Assembly (NCBI GenBank): GCA_046563655.1
Contig: CM102284.1
Location: 868,001-932,000 of the forward strand
From: Yuukianura sp. NJ FZ-2021
Taxonomy: Eukaryota
DNA: 64,000 bases
Direction: 5' to 3'
The notes under the pieces were generated by a model. The model saw nothing but the letters and a program-made list of their open reading frames with translations, did no database searches and was not told where the DNA came from. Every line of letters starts with the position of its first letter. Positions within the stretch are counted from its first letter, which is position 1. Both the position numbers and the translations under genes were made by a program. Below, piece by piece: positions 46,171 through 58,494 of the stretch.

Positions 46171-47027
46171 TATAGTTTCAATTCTTCCGATCAGCAAAGT
46201 GTGCTTTTGATTGCTTGCACATAAAAAAGTTAAAGATTTTTTTTTGAATTATAACGGCCAAAAAAGTTGAATTTGAAAAGTTAAAGTTTTACCGCAAAGC
46301 GTTTGTCTGGTGTCAAACAAAACAAAGTAAAACGTCATTGTCAAACCAGATCGGTAGTTCAAAAATTTCTTGCCGCCAAAAATTTCGGTTAATGTTTCAC
46401 ACTTCTGGGAAGTTTAAAATTTGAAATTTTTGCGACATCCTTTGAAGAAGGAACATTGCATGGATTTAGAAATAGTTCTAAATAGTTAAATTAAACATAA
46501 ATATTCTTTAATGTCAAGATTAATTAACAATCCTCGTAATGACGCGTTTTTATTTAAATACTAAGTGTTAAGAATTTTGATAACTGCCTAGGAGAAACGA
46601 TGTCAGATACAAAATTGAAGTAAGGACAGAACTGTGCATTCTACGGTAAAACACTCATTTCATAATACGAAAATTCCAAACATGATTTGATTCAAATTAT
46701 AACTTTATAACGAAACATTCAGTCCTCAGCTTCAAAATTGAACAAATAAAAACATAGATTACTTTTTTATAGAAATTTTTGGCAGAAACGCTTTTCTTTT
46801 AACTTATGCGCTACTTCAGTCAGATATTTCACATCGTTTTGTTTGCTATCAATCAATTCCCCAGATAAAGCCACAAAAATATTTTCAAATACAACCTTCA
46901 CATGTCGCTTCAAATCTCGCCACTTTTGTGTGGATCGAAACACAATAGAAATTCAAAGTTTCCTACAACATATATTGATTTTAATTAAGTTAAAATAATA
47001 AAACATTAATTTCTAATTGCTAGCTAA

Positions 47028-48324
47028 ATGGCCAGGGTTCGGTGGGTTGTAGTCTGTGTTGGACTTCAAGGGGTAAGATCAAATAACACTTAAAATTTAG
47101 TAAATTAGTAACAACTCTTTTAAATGAACATAACCTATGGCAATAATAACCTTAATAAACTAATAATAAATTAATTAGGTATTAAATAATAATAATAACT
47201 ATTAAATTAACTATTAAAATTAACTATTAAAATAACTATTAAATTAAATTAAAATTAACTATTAACTATTAAAATAACTATTAAATTATTAAATATTAAT
47301 AACAATTAAATATTAATTATTAAATAATAACCTTAAATGCCTCCAGCTTTCCTCTATTGCTGCTTTAGTCTTGGCCATACTAGGTTTCCCTACCAACAAC
47401 CCTTCTCAACCAATTGATGCACCGAGTACATTATCATTTCAATTGCTAATCGGCGCTTCATCTTTGACAATCATTGCTTTTGTGGCCGGCGTCCTGTTGG
47501 TCCTCAACTGGAACTCAGCTTCTACCAAAATCAAATTAGCGGTAAAGAAACAGGAAAAAGCAAGGTTCCTTGACCACGAAAAGTTAATTTTCGTTAACAG
47601 GCTGAGTACTACCTCACTTGTTTACAAAAAAAAAAAAACAAAATACAAAAAAAATAGTTACCACCGTAAAACCCATAGCTGTATTGTCACCCTGAAATGA
47701 AACGATTATTTTTTTTCAAAAATCAAAAAAACTGAGGTATTACACAACCTGCTAAAGAAAATCAAAGTCAACAAACCTTGGGGAAAAGTAATTTGTTAGT
47801 GTGTTAGTAATTTGTATAGTAAAGCAGGTGTAGTTTGTTTGAATTTTTGTTGGTTGCAGGTCATGTGGGTGAACATTTTCGTGGGAAACTTATTTTTCGC
47901 CAGTTCAATATACGTCGGTTGGGAAATGTGGAGTTGGAATAGACTTAGCTACGAATATTGCAAATCTAAATATCGCAGTTTCTCGGAACGAGAAGCATGT
48001 GAACACGATCTACAGTCAAAGGCGTTTTCGAACTTTCAGAGTGCAGTAAATTCAGCGTGGGTAAACAGAACGTAGCAAACTTTTTTTTTAATTTGATTTA
48101 ATTTTTAATTTTGAAAACGCAGGAAATCGTAACTCAAATATTGATATTCATGAAAAACTTATCCTTACTTTTTGTTTAAACCCGTTGTAGTATTCTTATT
48201 GTGACAATTATATTATATCTTATTTCAGGCAGGCTTCCTTTCTGGTATTACTGTCGATATAATATTACTTGGGGAATTGATAACCTGGTATTGTGCGAAA
48301 AGAGGTATCTACTTTAAAGAGTAA
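47028..48324 (+). CDS. Small 4-TM membrane protein (MARVEL-like), paralog A, 4 exons, ~178 aa
   Basis: Exons 47028-47072, 47347-47541, 47860-48060, 48229-48324, all phase 0; four hydrophobic segments; paralog at 52600. Confidence 0.65.
47561..47780. mobile_element. CAAGG...CCTTG MITE with 8-bp TSD (P-like)
   Basis: Flanks GGAAAAAG (47553-47560) / GGGAAAAG (47781-47788); absent from the short equivalent intron of paralog B (52920-52983). Confidence 0.8.
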
Positions 48325-48365
48325 CCATTCTTGAATTTGGAAATTATCAATTTGGAATAAAAACA

Positions 48366-49287
48366 ATGGTGTTTTTAAAAAATCAATACTTTGGAATTTT
48401 TTAAATTTCCATAAAAAAGGAAAATGCACTGTAGTGAATTTGTTAGCCTCATCCTGACTTTTTCCAAAAATCCTTCTGTAGAAAGTTAGAAGGTGTGATG
48501 GTGTTTTTAAAAATCAATACTTTGGAATTTTTTAAATTTCCATAAAAAAGGAAAATGCACTTTAGTGAATTTGTTATCCTAATCCTGACTTTTTCCAAAA
48601 ATCCTTCTGTAGAAAGTTAGAAGGTGTAATGATGTTTTTAAAAATCAATAGTTTGGAATTTTTTAAATTTCCATAAAAAAGGAAAATGCACTGTAGTGAA
48701 TTTGTTATCCTAATCCTGACTTTTTCCAAAAGTCCTTGTGTAGAAAGATAGAAGGTGTAATGGTGTTTTTAAAAATCAATACTTTGGAATTTTTTAAATT
48801 TCCATAAAAAAGGAAAATGCACTGTAGTGAATTTGTTATCCTCATCCTGACTTTTTCCAAAAATCCTTCTGTAGAAAGTTAGAAGGTGTGATGGTGTTTT
48901 TAAAAATCAATACTTTGGAATTTTTTAAATTTCCATAAAAAAGGAAAATGCACTGTAGTGAATTTGTTAGCCTCATCCTGACTTTTTCCAAAAATCCTTC
49001 TGTAGAAAGTTAGAAGGTGTGATGGTGTTTTTAAAAATCAATACTTTGGAATTTTTTAAATTTCCATAAAAAAGGAAAATGCACTGTAGTGAATTTGTTA
49101 GCCTCATCCTGACTTTTTCCAAAAATCCTTCTGTAGAAAGTTAGAAGGTGTGATGGTGTTTTTAAAAATCAATACTTTGGAATTTTTTAAATTTCCATAA
49201 AAAAGGAGAATGCACTGTAGTGAATTTGTTAGCCTAATCCTGACTTTTTCCAAAAATCCTTCTGTAGAAAGTTAGAAGGTGTGATGG
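48366..49287. repeat. 131-bp tandem array, 7 near-identical copies
   Basis: Unit starts at 48366, 48498, 48629, 48760, 48891, 49022 and 49153. Confidence 0.97.
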
Positions 49288-49849
49288 CCAAATAAGTATC
49301 TATCGCCGCTCACATAATCATCTGATCTTCTTTTATTAGTTCCAACTTCACCATTAAATCCCCAATACCAAGGTTCGTAAACAAACAAAAAGTTTTTTCT
49401 ACACCAGGTTGTCCAATAACTCAATGTTTTGAAAATTATGAAAAAGTTGGCAAAAATGTTTTCTACCTTTATTTCCTAGACTTCAATTTCAGTTTGAGTC
49501 AAAGTTTTTAATCAATATATGCATTACAATGTGATTGACGTTCAGTGATAACGATAAGCGGTGTAGTTTTTACTTCGGTTGAAAATTCGAACTGTTGTAT
49601 GAATCACTACTACATGTGACCTGTCTTTGCAACATACTCTAGTACGGATAAATTATAAAGTTTTGATCTAACTACTAGATATAACAAATTTGTAAGTAAG
49701 TGAATATGGGTCATAACGAATCATAACGAAGTGGTCGTGAGTGTTCAAATGTTAAAATGGAAATGTTATTTCTGATATAGATGAAAGGCAGACAGACAAG
49801 ATCGATACATAAAGTAGCTTTCGCCACTTAATTAAAAAATCTACTCTTC

Positions 49850-51315
49850 TTATTCCAAAAAACGGAAAAAGATTGTCCAGAAGAAGCGGAGCACAACGTT
49901 CCAAAACAATCGACTTCCAATACAGTAGATGAAAAAGTTGAATGCTGGCGGAACCAGCCGAACAATGGCAGCAGTGACGACAACATCTTTTGGAACGCAG
50001 ACACCAAGAAATTTTAAAATTCCCACCAAAATTGTTTCAATGTTGCACAGCATGAAGAGTACGGCCACACACACAAGCGTTCGAGTCAAAGGAATTTCAT
50101 GACGTTGCTCACTCGACATCCGTCTTCTGGTAGTCCAAGAAATCTAGAACAAGAAATTCAAGTTCCAAATACAAATTTTAATTTTTTTTTTGAAACGGTT
50201 TTTTTTAAACTCACTTTAGCGTAGATGACTGAATTGAAAAAGAGTATCAGAATGAAGGGCACTAGGCGTGTGACGACTGAGCCCAATTGAACATAGTAGA
50301 GGACATAGGTCGGGTTTTGAAGCAGTTTTGATTCCTTAGTACCCAAAAACCGATTTCCGGAAAATTCTGCTTTTGCGTCAAATTCAAACATTCTTGGAAA
50401 ATTGTACAAAAGTGAAAAGGCAACAACTCCAAAGGCGTAGCCGACTGTTTTTCGCATGGAAAAGTACTTGTACGCTCGCGGTTTACATACAGCCACATAC
50501 CGTTCTACGCTCATCAACAGTGTCAAGTACGTCGAAGCAATTTTAGCTACAACAAATTTTAAGAAAAATGAAAACTGACAGTAATGCAGTTTTGTTAAAA
50601 CAAGGTTTGTTAAACCTTATTTGCTAAAGCCTTACATGTGTGTAACACAGGAACAATGTACGAGTACAGCAACTGTTCAATGACGCTTATGTACGAAGCC
50701 CACGCGCATTCTGCTACAAGAATCTCCCGAATTCCGTGGATTAGAAGAGTGGCAACACTTCTTATGCAGTCGGAGCAGCTGAGGATGAGGAGAATAGCAT
50801 TGGTTGAAGTGCGCATGTGTCGCCGAGTGAATACAAGGATACAAATAGTGTTGCAGACAAGAGCTATGAAACACAATACTGTCGTGGTAATACCGCCAAC
50901 GTAGCTCACGTACTTCGGAGGTAGAAGGAAGTCGTCTGATTCGTTTATTGCTAAAATTTAAAAAAAATCACTTTAGACATTGACATTAACTCTTCGTGTT
51001 TACTATACACTATTACATTAAGTCTGTCTGCATGTCTGTCTGTCAGTCTGTCTGTCTGTCTGCATGTCTGTCTGTCTGTCTGTCTGTCAGTCTGTCTGTC
51101 TGTCTGCATCCCTATCAGTCCGTCAGCCTGTCTGTCTGCCTGTCTGATGCTAACGAATTAACACTGGAATTACAAAACTTCTTACGCGGGCAACGAACGT
51201 GAGTCCAATTTAAAGCGGTGAAATTGTAACCCTCCTTATACGAAACATTGCAAGAGGGCGGCGGTGGCACCGTTGAAATTGGGGTACTTGTATTTTCAGA
51301 TATAGAAAAATTCAT
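49850..51315 (-). CDS. Rhodopsin-class GPCR, FMRFamide/sex-peptide-receptor-like, 4 exons
   Basis: Exons 51315-51186, 50950-50636, 50546-50215, 50143-49850; NTICILVF, MRTSTNAILLILSCSD, MSVERYVAVCKP, YNFPRMFE, FNFFIY. Confidence 0.85.
51022..51146. repeat. (TGTC)n microsatellite in GPCR intron 1
   Basis: Imperfect GTCT/TGTC tetramer run. Confidence 0.9.
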
Positions 51316-52599
51316 TTTTATTGTAGTTTAACGCACGATAAGCCTAACCTAACTTATTGACTTACAGATAATCTTGAAGTTTCCCGCTCAAAGGGAGTTT
51401 ACTAATTGATTAAATTTACGTAACGGGATAAGAAATTTTGAGTTCGTTTTACCTTTTGGTTTGATTGCGGCTTTTGATTGTGCATTTTTTAAAATTAATT
51501 AATTAAATTATTTTTGTGTAATTAAATAATTAAGGTAATTACAGTAACATTTTAATTGTGCATTAAAACTGAAGTTAACGAAAAAAAACTTCGTGGTGAA
51601 TTGATGCAAGTCGAAAACTTTCCTGCTAACTTAAGTCTATTTTTCTCATTTTGCCAAATAAATTGTTATAAAGTAGCAAAAGGTACTTTATGCCTTGACC
51701 TTGTCTGTCTGCCTGTCTCGTCGTCCGTCTGACCGTCAACAGCGATTATCTCAGAAACGGCTACCCAATTCTGGCATCTGTCGTCACCAATCAATATTTG
51801 CACTACGCTGCTGAATTTAGCAACACGGATTCTCTGATTGATTGTTTTTTAGCTTTTAAGTTTTTCACTTCTAACTCTACTTTAATTTAAGCTAGTGTGG
51901 AATATATTAACTGTAATCATTTTGGGAGACGTACTTTACCTACTCTGCACACGGTGGTGTGAGAAAACATGTAAAGCTGACAACAATGTTTAAGAAATAT
52001 TAATTGAGACTAGTAACTAATTACTAATGTAATTACGCATTACTGCCTTAATTAAATTTAAGATCTTAAAACTCAAAATATCAAATTTCTTACAATAATG
52101 GTGTAACTATAACTAAATATAAAACCAAAATTTTAATATAAACCTGAAATTCAGAAACAGTAAAGTGTTAGTTAATACGAAAATTCCAAATTTTGATTTT
52201 TTTTTAACTTTTTCGTTAACTTTTTAACTTTGGTATTTATTTGATATGATTGGATTCAAATTGTATTACGCCAATCACTTGACAAGTTTAATGCTAACAT
52301 TAAGTCCTCAACTTCACAATTCAACAAACAAAAATGTAGACAACTTTTATATAGAAATTTTGGGCAAAACGCTTATCTTTTAACTTACGGACTACTTAGT
52401 GAGATTTCTCTTTGTTTTGTTTGTTCGCTATCAATCCATTCTATAGATAAAACGACAATATGACCAAATACAACCTTCACTCGTCACTTTAACTTTTCTG
52501 TAAATTGAAACACAATAGAATATACGTTTTCCACAGTATATATTAATTTTAAGTAAGTTGTAAAATATTAATTTCTAATCGTTAACAAATCTAGAATTA

Positions 52600-53412
52600 A
52601 TGGACGCATTGGTCAGTTGGGTTAAAAAATGTGTTGGAATGCAAGGGGTAAGATCACGTACTTATATTCTCGAAACGCTTTTCAAATCGAGCTGACTTAT
52701 GACCATAAGCTTTGATGCTCCGAGGTACTCGCTACTGTTGCCTTAGTCTTGGGCATACTCGGTTTCCCTACCAACAACCCGTCCCTACCATTTGATGCAC
52801 CCAGTGCATTATCATTTCAATTGGTAATTGGCACTTCATCTTTGGCAATCATTGCCTTCATAGCCGGCGTTGTGCTGATGTTCAACTGGCATTCAGTTTC
52901 TGGCAACGCAAAACTGGCGGTAAAAAAGAAAAAGCAAAAAATATGTAAAAAAAAAAAATTGTTGGAATTTTTGTTTTTTGCAGGTCATGTGGGTGAACAT
53001 TTTTATGGGAAACTTATTTTTTGCCAGTTCAACGTATTTGGCTTGGGAAATGTGGAGTTGGTATGAACTCACGTTTGATTATTGCATATCCCAAGATTTA
53101 TCCGAACTTGAAGCTTGTGAAGACGATCTACAGTCAAAGGCGTTCTTGAACTTTCAGTGTGCAGTATGTTCTGCGGTAAGTTTTCTACTTTTCTTAAATG
53201 TTTATTTTGAAAACGTACGAATTGCAACTGAAATATTATTTTCGCAGTCAAACTTAGTTTTACCTTTTGTTTAAATCCGTCCTCATATTATTGGTGATTT
53301 AACGTTTCAGACAGCAGGCTTTCTTTCCGGTGTTGTTGTTGACATAATATTACTTTCGTTGCTTATAAGATGGTGTTTCGCGAAAAGAGGTATCTACTTT
53401 GAAGACTACTAA
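52600..53412 (+). CDS. Small 4-TM membrane protein (MARVEL-like), paralog B, 4 exons
   Basis: Exons 52600-52647, 52725-52919, 52984-53175, 53311-53412; shares ILGFPTNNPS, VMWVNIF.GNLFFASS, DLQSKAF and AKRGIYF with paralog A. Confidence 0.65.
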
Positions 53413-53954
53413 CCTTTTATTACAATTGTTTTTCAAATCTAAAATTACCAATTTGAAATAAAAAAAAAAGAGTCAAATTATCTAACGCCGGCAATCGAAT
53501 TATTCGCTCCGCTCCCGTCTTACTATTTGTAAAGGCTTTTCAAAATGTTGCACCATTAAACGCGTTACTTCAATTTCAGTTTGAATTTTTTCACTTCGTA
53601 GTCCTCGTAACGTACTTTAGTACTGTGGTTAAATTATAGAACGTTTAGTTTGATATAAAACAAGTTTGTAGGTTTTGGCATAAATGGTTTTTATGTTTGC
53701 GAAGTATAAGTGAAGTCATAATTGTCAAAACGTCAGCTGAAAAGAAATAAATAAAAGTATACAAATAGTCTTACGGTGTACATCGCAGCGGTTGTGCTAT
53801 GCAATTGGGAAAAATCGATTTAAGTCAATAGTTTCCATATTTTCCAAAGCCACAATGAAATACTGACACAAACACTATTTTCTGTTTCTTCATAAAGTTT
53901 TAATTCATTCAAAATATTTTTTGTTTAAATTTGGGCTAATGAAATCTTAACAAA

Positions 53955-54713
53955 ATGGAGGAAGACGAAAATCAGGATGGAGGTACTCTCGGCATGTTTC
54001 CTGATCCAGGATACTTTCGAACTGTACACGGAATCTCAAAAATTTTGCAAGTCGTAAGAAATTCAAAATCTTTTTGTGCAAAACCATATTTTTTCTCACT
54101 TTCCAATATCAAATTAGTTAATTACTTTAGATAGTCGGCGTAAAGTGTATCCTGGGTGCAACAATTTGGCAGCACAATTGCAGTACAACTTTCTTAGTGA
54201 TTTGTTGCATTGCACTTGCAACTTCTTGCTTATGGATTTTCATTCATGGTTGCCGAGTATACAACGTACGTAGTGTTGAAAAAGTACCGTGGATCACTGT
54301 GGTAAGTATTATGTCAAATAATGTATAAATTTATATGAATATGTTTTCATTCATATTTATAAAAAATATTTCTGTATAGGAGCTGGCTACATTCGTCATT
54401 GTGCTGTTCCTGTATCTCGTTGCCGTTACGATCCGGGCGATACACGTTTTGACCATGGATAGAACCGGATTCGCCTCAGTCTTGATCTTGGTAATTAAAT
54501 TTTGTGTTTTAAGTTGTAAAATTCAAAAGTCAGGGGATTTTGCTCAAATTTCACATGCCTCATTGTACTTTACACTGTTAAAAATTTCCCGTCTTTTTTT
54601 AGATACTCGCCATTGCTAACACTCTGCTCTACGGTCTGGGAGCATTCTTATCCCTCCAGCAATTTCGTTATCTACGCTCAACCAACAACACAAACGAATA
54701 TTTCGAAGACTAA
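53955..54713 (+). CDS. MARVEL-domain (CMTM/plasmolipin-like) protein, 4 exons
   Basis: Exons 53955-54053, 54131-54301, 54380-54490, 54603-54713; DPGYFRTVHGISKILQV, VPWITVE and NTLLYG match MARVEL patterns. Confidence 0.7.
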
Positions 54714-55250
54714 ACTAAAAAAAACGAAAATCAAAATTGAAAAATCCAACAAACCACACAAAGCATACGGCGGTGCCTGTACTTCCCTAAATATGAGCCT
54801 CAAATGCTTAGAATCTCAAACTACACAAATTACATTCGTCAGTGTCTTCAAAAACATCGCTTCATCCGTCCTTTTTAAAACATTTTTTAAGTCGCAAAAG
54901 ATTCACAGATTGCATAACTTTGCAAATATTCAAATCATAAAAATATAACATTTACAACGCATAACTAAAATTTATGCATTGCAAATAAAATTATGTGTGA
55001 AGTATTTTCAACTTTAAGCAAAAGGGAAGCTGTTCTGGAATTGAAACAGGAAGAATATGTGCTACCACATCCGAGCAGGAAGTTTCAGAAAAGAATCAAA
55101 ATTTTTGAAAAATTTAGTCCACAGGAAGAAACGAACAACGCAGCGTGTTTACGCTGCCTGCCAACAACTTTTGACAGAAAAAAGTTGAGTAACATTTGAA
55201 AAACCAAAAATTTGGAAAATATTTTGAAAAATTTGGAAATTTTGAAAAGT

Positions 55251-57024
55251 ATGCCGCTGAGTCATTTCATTGCTGCTTCTGCAACGACGTCTTTAGCATG
55301 TTCAGCATCCCCTCCACCATCAAGCCAATCGTCCATCGTCACTTGTCACAGTGACCTGGACTGGGAGACGCTCGTAATAAATTAATTTAATATATTATAT
55401 TATTTACTTTATAAATTTTAATAAGTTATTTAATTCCTTTTACCTTGACTTTAGGAAGATGAGTTGAAGCATGAGGTGGAAGAAGTGAGATTTCCAGTGC
55501 TGATTGACACCGACGGAGGAGCAGAAGATGCTTGGGCACTGCTCATGTGCTTGAGAGCTCACAAGGACGCCAGAGTGCCATTCGATGTGGTGGGAATCAC
55601 GTGTGTCCATGGAGCCACCACGGTGGACAACGCCACCAAAAATGTCAGACGGATCCTGCGCGTGGCTGGAGTCGAAAACGTAAAATAGTCGTAAAATAGC
55701 ATGCGCAGAATGTTCGAAGTCTAATAGTGTGTAATTTGCATAAGAATTGCATGGAGGAAATGACCTGTAGTAGTCGCTCTTCTAATTGCTCCATCCTTTT
55801 AGCAAAGATATGTAGGGTGAGCCTGACAGCCCAAGGGTTAGAACTCTTCCAGGACTGAAGAGATGTGGGTTCGAATCTTGCTCGGTTCTTTATTTTTTTT
55901 CGACACACTCTCTTTTTATCTCTTTGCAGATTCCGATTTACAGAGGATGCGACACTGCGATGGTCAAAGGATTTGACAATCATGAAGGTCCATGTCACGG
56001 TCACACTGGATTTGACGATTCAAATTTCCCGGACATCGATCCATGTGTTGAAGATACTGACGGAGTCAATGCCATAGTTGACATGATTTTAAAACATAAG
56101 GGTAATACATAAAGAAAAGTTCAAAATTTCAAAAATTTTGACTTTCTTTTTTTAACAAAAACGTTTCACTTGTTTGAAATTCTCGGGGCCAGGAAAACTT
56201 CGAATTTTGGCTCTCGGACCGTTAACGAACTTGGCTCTGGCGGTGCGGATCAACAGTGGAGTCAAAGACGCCATTCGATCACTCTTCGTCCTTGGCGGGA
56301 ACATGGAAGGTTTTCAAAATTTAAAAATGTAAAAATCCAAAATTTCGAAAACTTTTCAAGATTTTGAATTTTGTTGACGAAAGGTGTTGGAAATGCAACT
56401 CCAGCGGCCGAATTCAACTTCGCTTCTGATCCAGAAGCAGCCCATGTCGTTCTAACGACGATTTCCTGCCCGATTTTCGTCCTACCATGGGAAACGTCTC
56501 TCAAATTCGGAAGTTCTACTCATGTAATTAATTATTGATTCTAATTACACTAATTACATAAGTAATTAAGTAATTACTTAAAGTTAAACCTGTACTTAAC
56601 TACTTTCATCTTCGTTCAAGTCTTGGCGGGTAGAGACACTCGGACGACTGGGAACGAAAGAAGTGTCGCTCATGAACACCGTGGAAGCAAAGAATTTAAA
56701 AAATGTCGCCGATCACTGGATTGCAACGGAGGCACTTTGTGGGGCCATTTTCATCGAACCAAGGGTAAAAATTTTTAAATTTCTAAAACTAAGTAGTTAC
56801 TCCCTCCATGTATCGAAATTTTGAAATTTTAGGTTGTTGTGAAAAGACGGAAGTTCTACTGTAGTGTGGAGCTACAGGGAAGTGAAACTCGCGGGATGCT
56901 GGTGGTGGACCACAGTTTCCGGAAACAGAAACCACCGAATGTCATTCTCATCACGGAGGTCAAACTTCCTCTGTACGAAAAAATACTTCTGTGGGCTGCG
57001 GGCGGGAAGTTCTACAAAGACTAA
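55251..57024 (+). CDS. Inosine-uridine-preferring nucleoside hydrolase family protein, ~7 exons
   Basis: VLIDTDGGAEDAWAL, IPIYRG, LGPLTNLAL, LGGNMEG.GNATPAAEFNFASDPEAAHVV, VELQGSETRGMLVVD; exons approximately 55251-55373, 55455-55679, 55930-56101, 56193-56309, 56384-56523, 56621-56764, 56833-57024. Confidence 0.88.
55826..55900 (+). repeat. tRNA-derived repeat in nucleoside hydrolase intron 2
   Basis: CAGCCCAAGGGTTAGAAC...GGGTTCGAATCTTGCTCGG plus T-run. Confidence 0.6.
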
Positions 57025-57299
57025 ACATTCAAATGCTACTTCAATTAACTTTCTTGATTACTAATTGACAAAATCTAACGCTTAATCATCATCATCCAGA
57101 GCATAAGTTGAGATGACTAAAGATTTACTTGCTAATCATTTTAACGTCTTGGAGTAATGGAGTAAACTGTAAGCTTATCGGTGGTCGTCCAGTGTTTCTA
57201 GTAACATCCAGATCCAGAATGTTTGGTAACCGGAACGTTACGCTAACGATTGACTAATAAGCATGGAATGAATGAAGTACTGCCAGTATCCGTGGGGAG

Positions 57300-57855
57300 T
57301 CATGGTGGCACGTCTTCTGACTTGTATTTATCGTCCAGTTCTAGATCTGCTAGTGCTGCTTCATTAAAAATATGACAAGAACTCTGACTCTTTCCGCTTC
57401 CTGATGCTGCCGCTTCAGTATTGTTGGCAGTATAACCATCAAGATTCGTTTCGGAAGAGTTGCCAGTATCCTGCTGCTGGTCAGCACCAACTGCCTGGAC
57501 TTCGGTTTCTTGAGCTTCTTGGTTGAACGACATCCGTATTTCTCTATTAGACTGCAGTAGTTCTAACAGTTCTTCATGGATTCCAGCATTTCTAGACTCT
57601 ATCCGATCAAGAGCCAGTTGAAGTTGATCCATAGCTGCATTAATTGACCTAAATTCTAAACAAAGTACAAACAACTTTAATCCAATCCGAATGCTCAAAA
57701 CATATTAATCTATTAATTATAAATACAACAATTAATGATAAAAGTTGCATTACATGTGTCATACCTGAACCTGCAATGTCAAATTCATCCAATTCATCCA
57801 AGTCCTCCTCAACCGGAAATCCATCCTCGCTGGACCCTGGTTCCGGGGTCATCAT
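57300..57855 (-). CDS. BBLN: Bublin / UPF0184 (C9orf16) coiled-coil protein, 2 exons
   Basis: Exons 57855-57765 and 57655-57300; EFRSINAAMDQLQLALDRIESRNAGIHEELLELLQSNREIR matches the UPF0184 signature. Confidence 0.8.
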
Positions 57856-58494
57856 AATCTCCTCGGGTCAATCTAAAGGTCACAGAATTACGTTCACCCC
57901 TACGCAGTAACCTTGCTACAGATGACAGATTCAGAATTTGCAATTAAAATTTTAGAAATCAGCAGAAATTAGAAACGTGTTGAAAAATTTGCTTTTGAGC
58001 TTTAAACAATTTGCGAATCCTACCAAACTATGAAGTATGTTTCCACCACCAGCACGTGGAACCAAAGCGAACAAGATTTTAAAAACCGGAATCAATTAAC
58101 TAAACAAGTTAATTAACAAATCCTGTTTGGTGCAAAAAAACATCTGTTTATCAGTATATCAGCTGGCCAACTCCCACGTCCCACAAGGGTCTGTCTAATC
58201 CTTTGTATCCTCAATTCATGATTTACCCCATGGTACATCAAATTTTTACTGGATAATTTTAACCATTCAACATCGAAAACATATCATAGTATAAGATTCT
58301 AGAACAAAAACAGTTATTTTTAAAGTCAGTTACTAATTCATTAAATATGGAACATCCCGATCTTCAAATCGCAGGATCCGAATACCGGGATGTCATCTTC
58401 GTCCTGTCTAAATACTTTCTCAAAATACTCAAAAATTGTATGTACAATTAATATAACTAATAGTCATGAAAATCTGGAAATAAAGTGGAAAACC

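Noticed and set aside
47100-47335. TAACTATTAAA low-complexity tract
   Set aside because: Simple AT-rich intronic slippage repeat with no further structure.
48366-49287. CRISPR-like array (also considered for 12620-13072 and 4219-4844)
   Set aside because: Units are contiguous with no unique spacers, there are no cas genes, and the context is eukaryotic.
50996-51202. 68-aa ORF rich in SVCL
   Set aside because: Translation of a (TGTC)n microsatellite in a GPCR intron.
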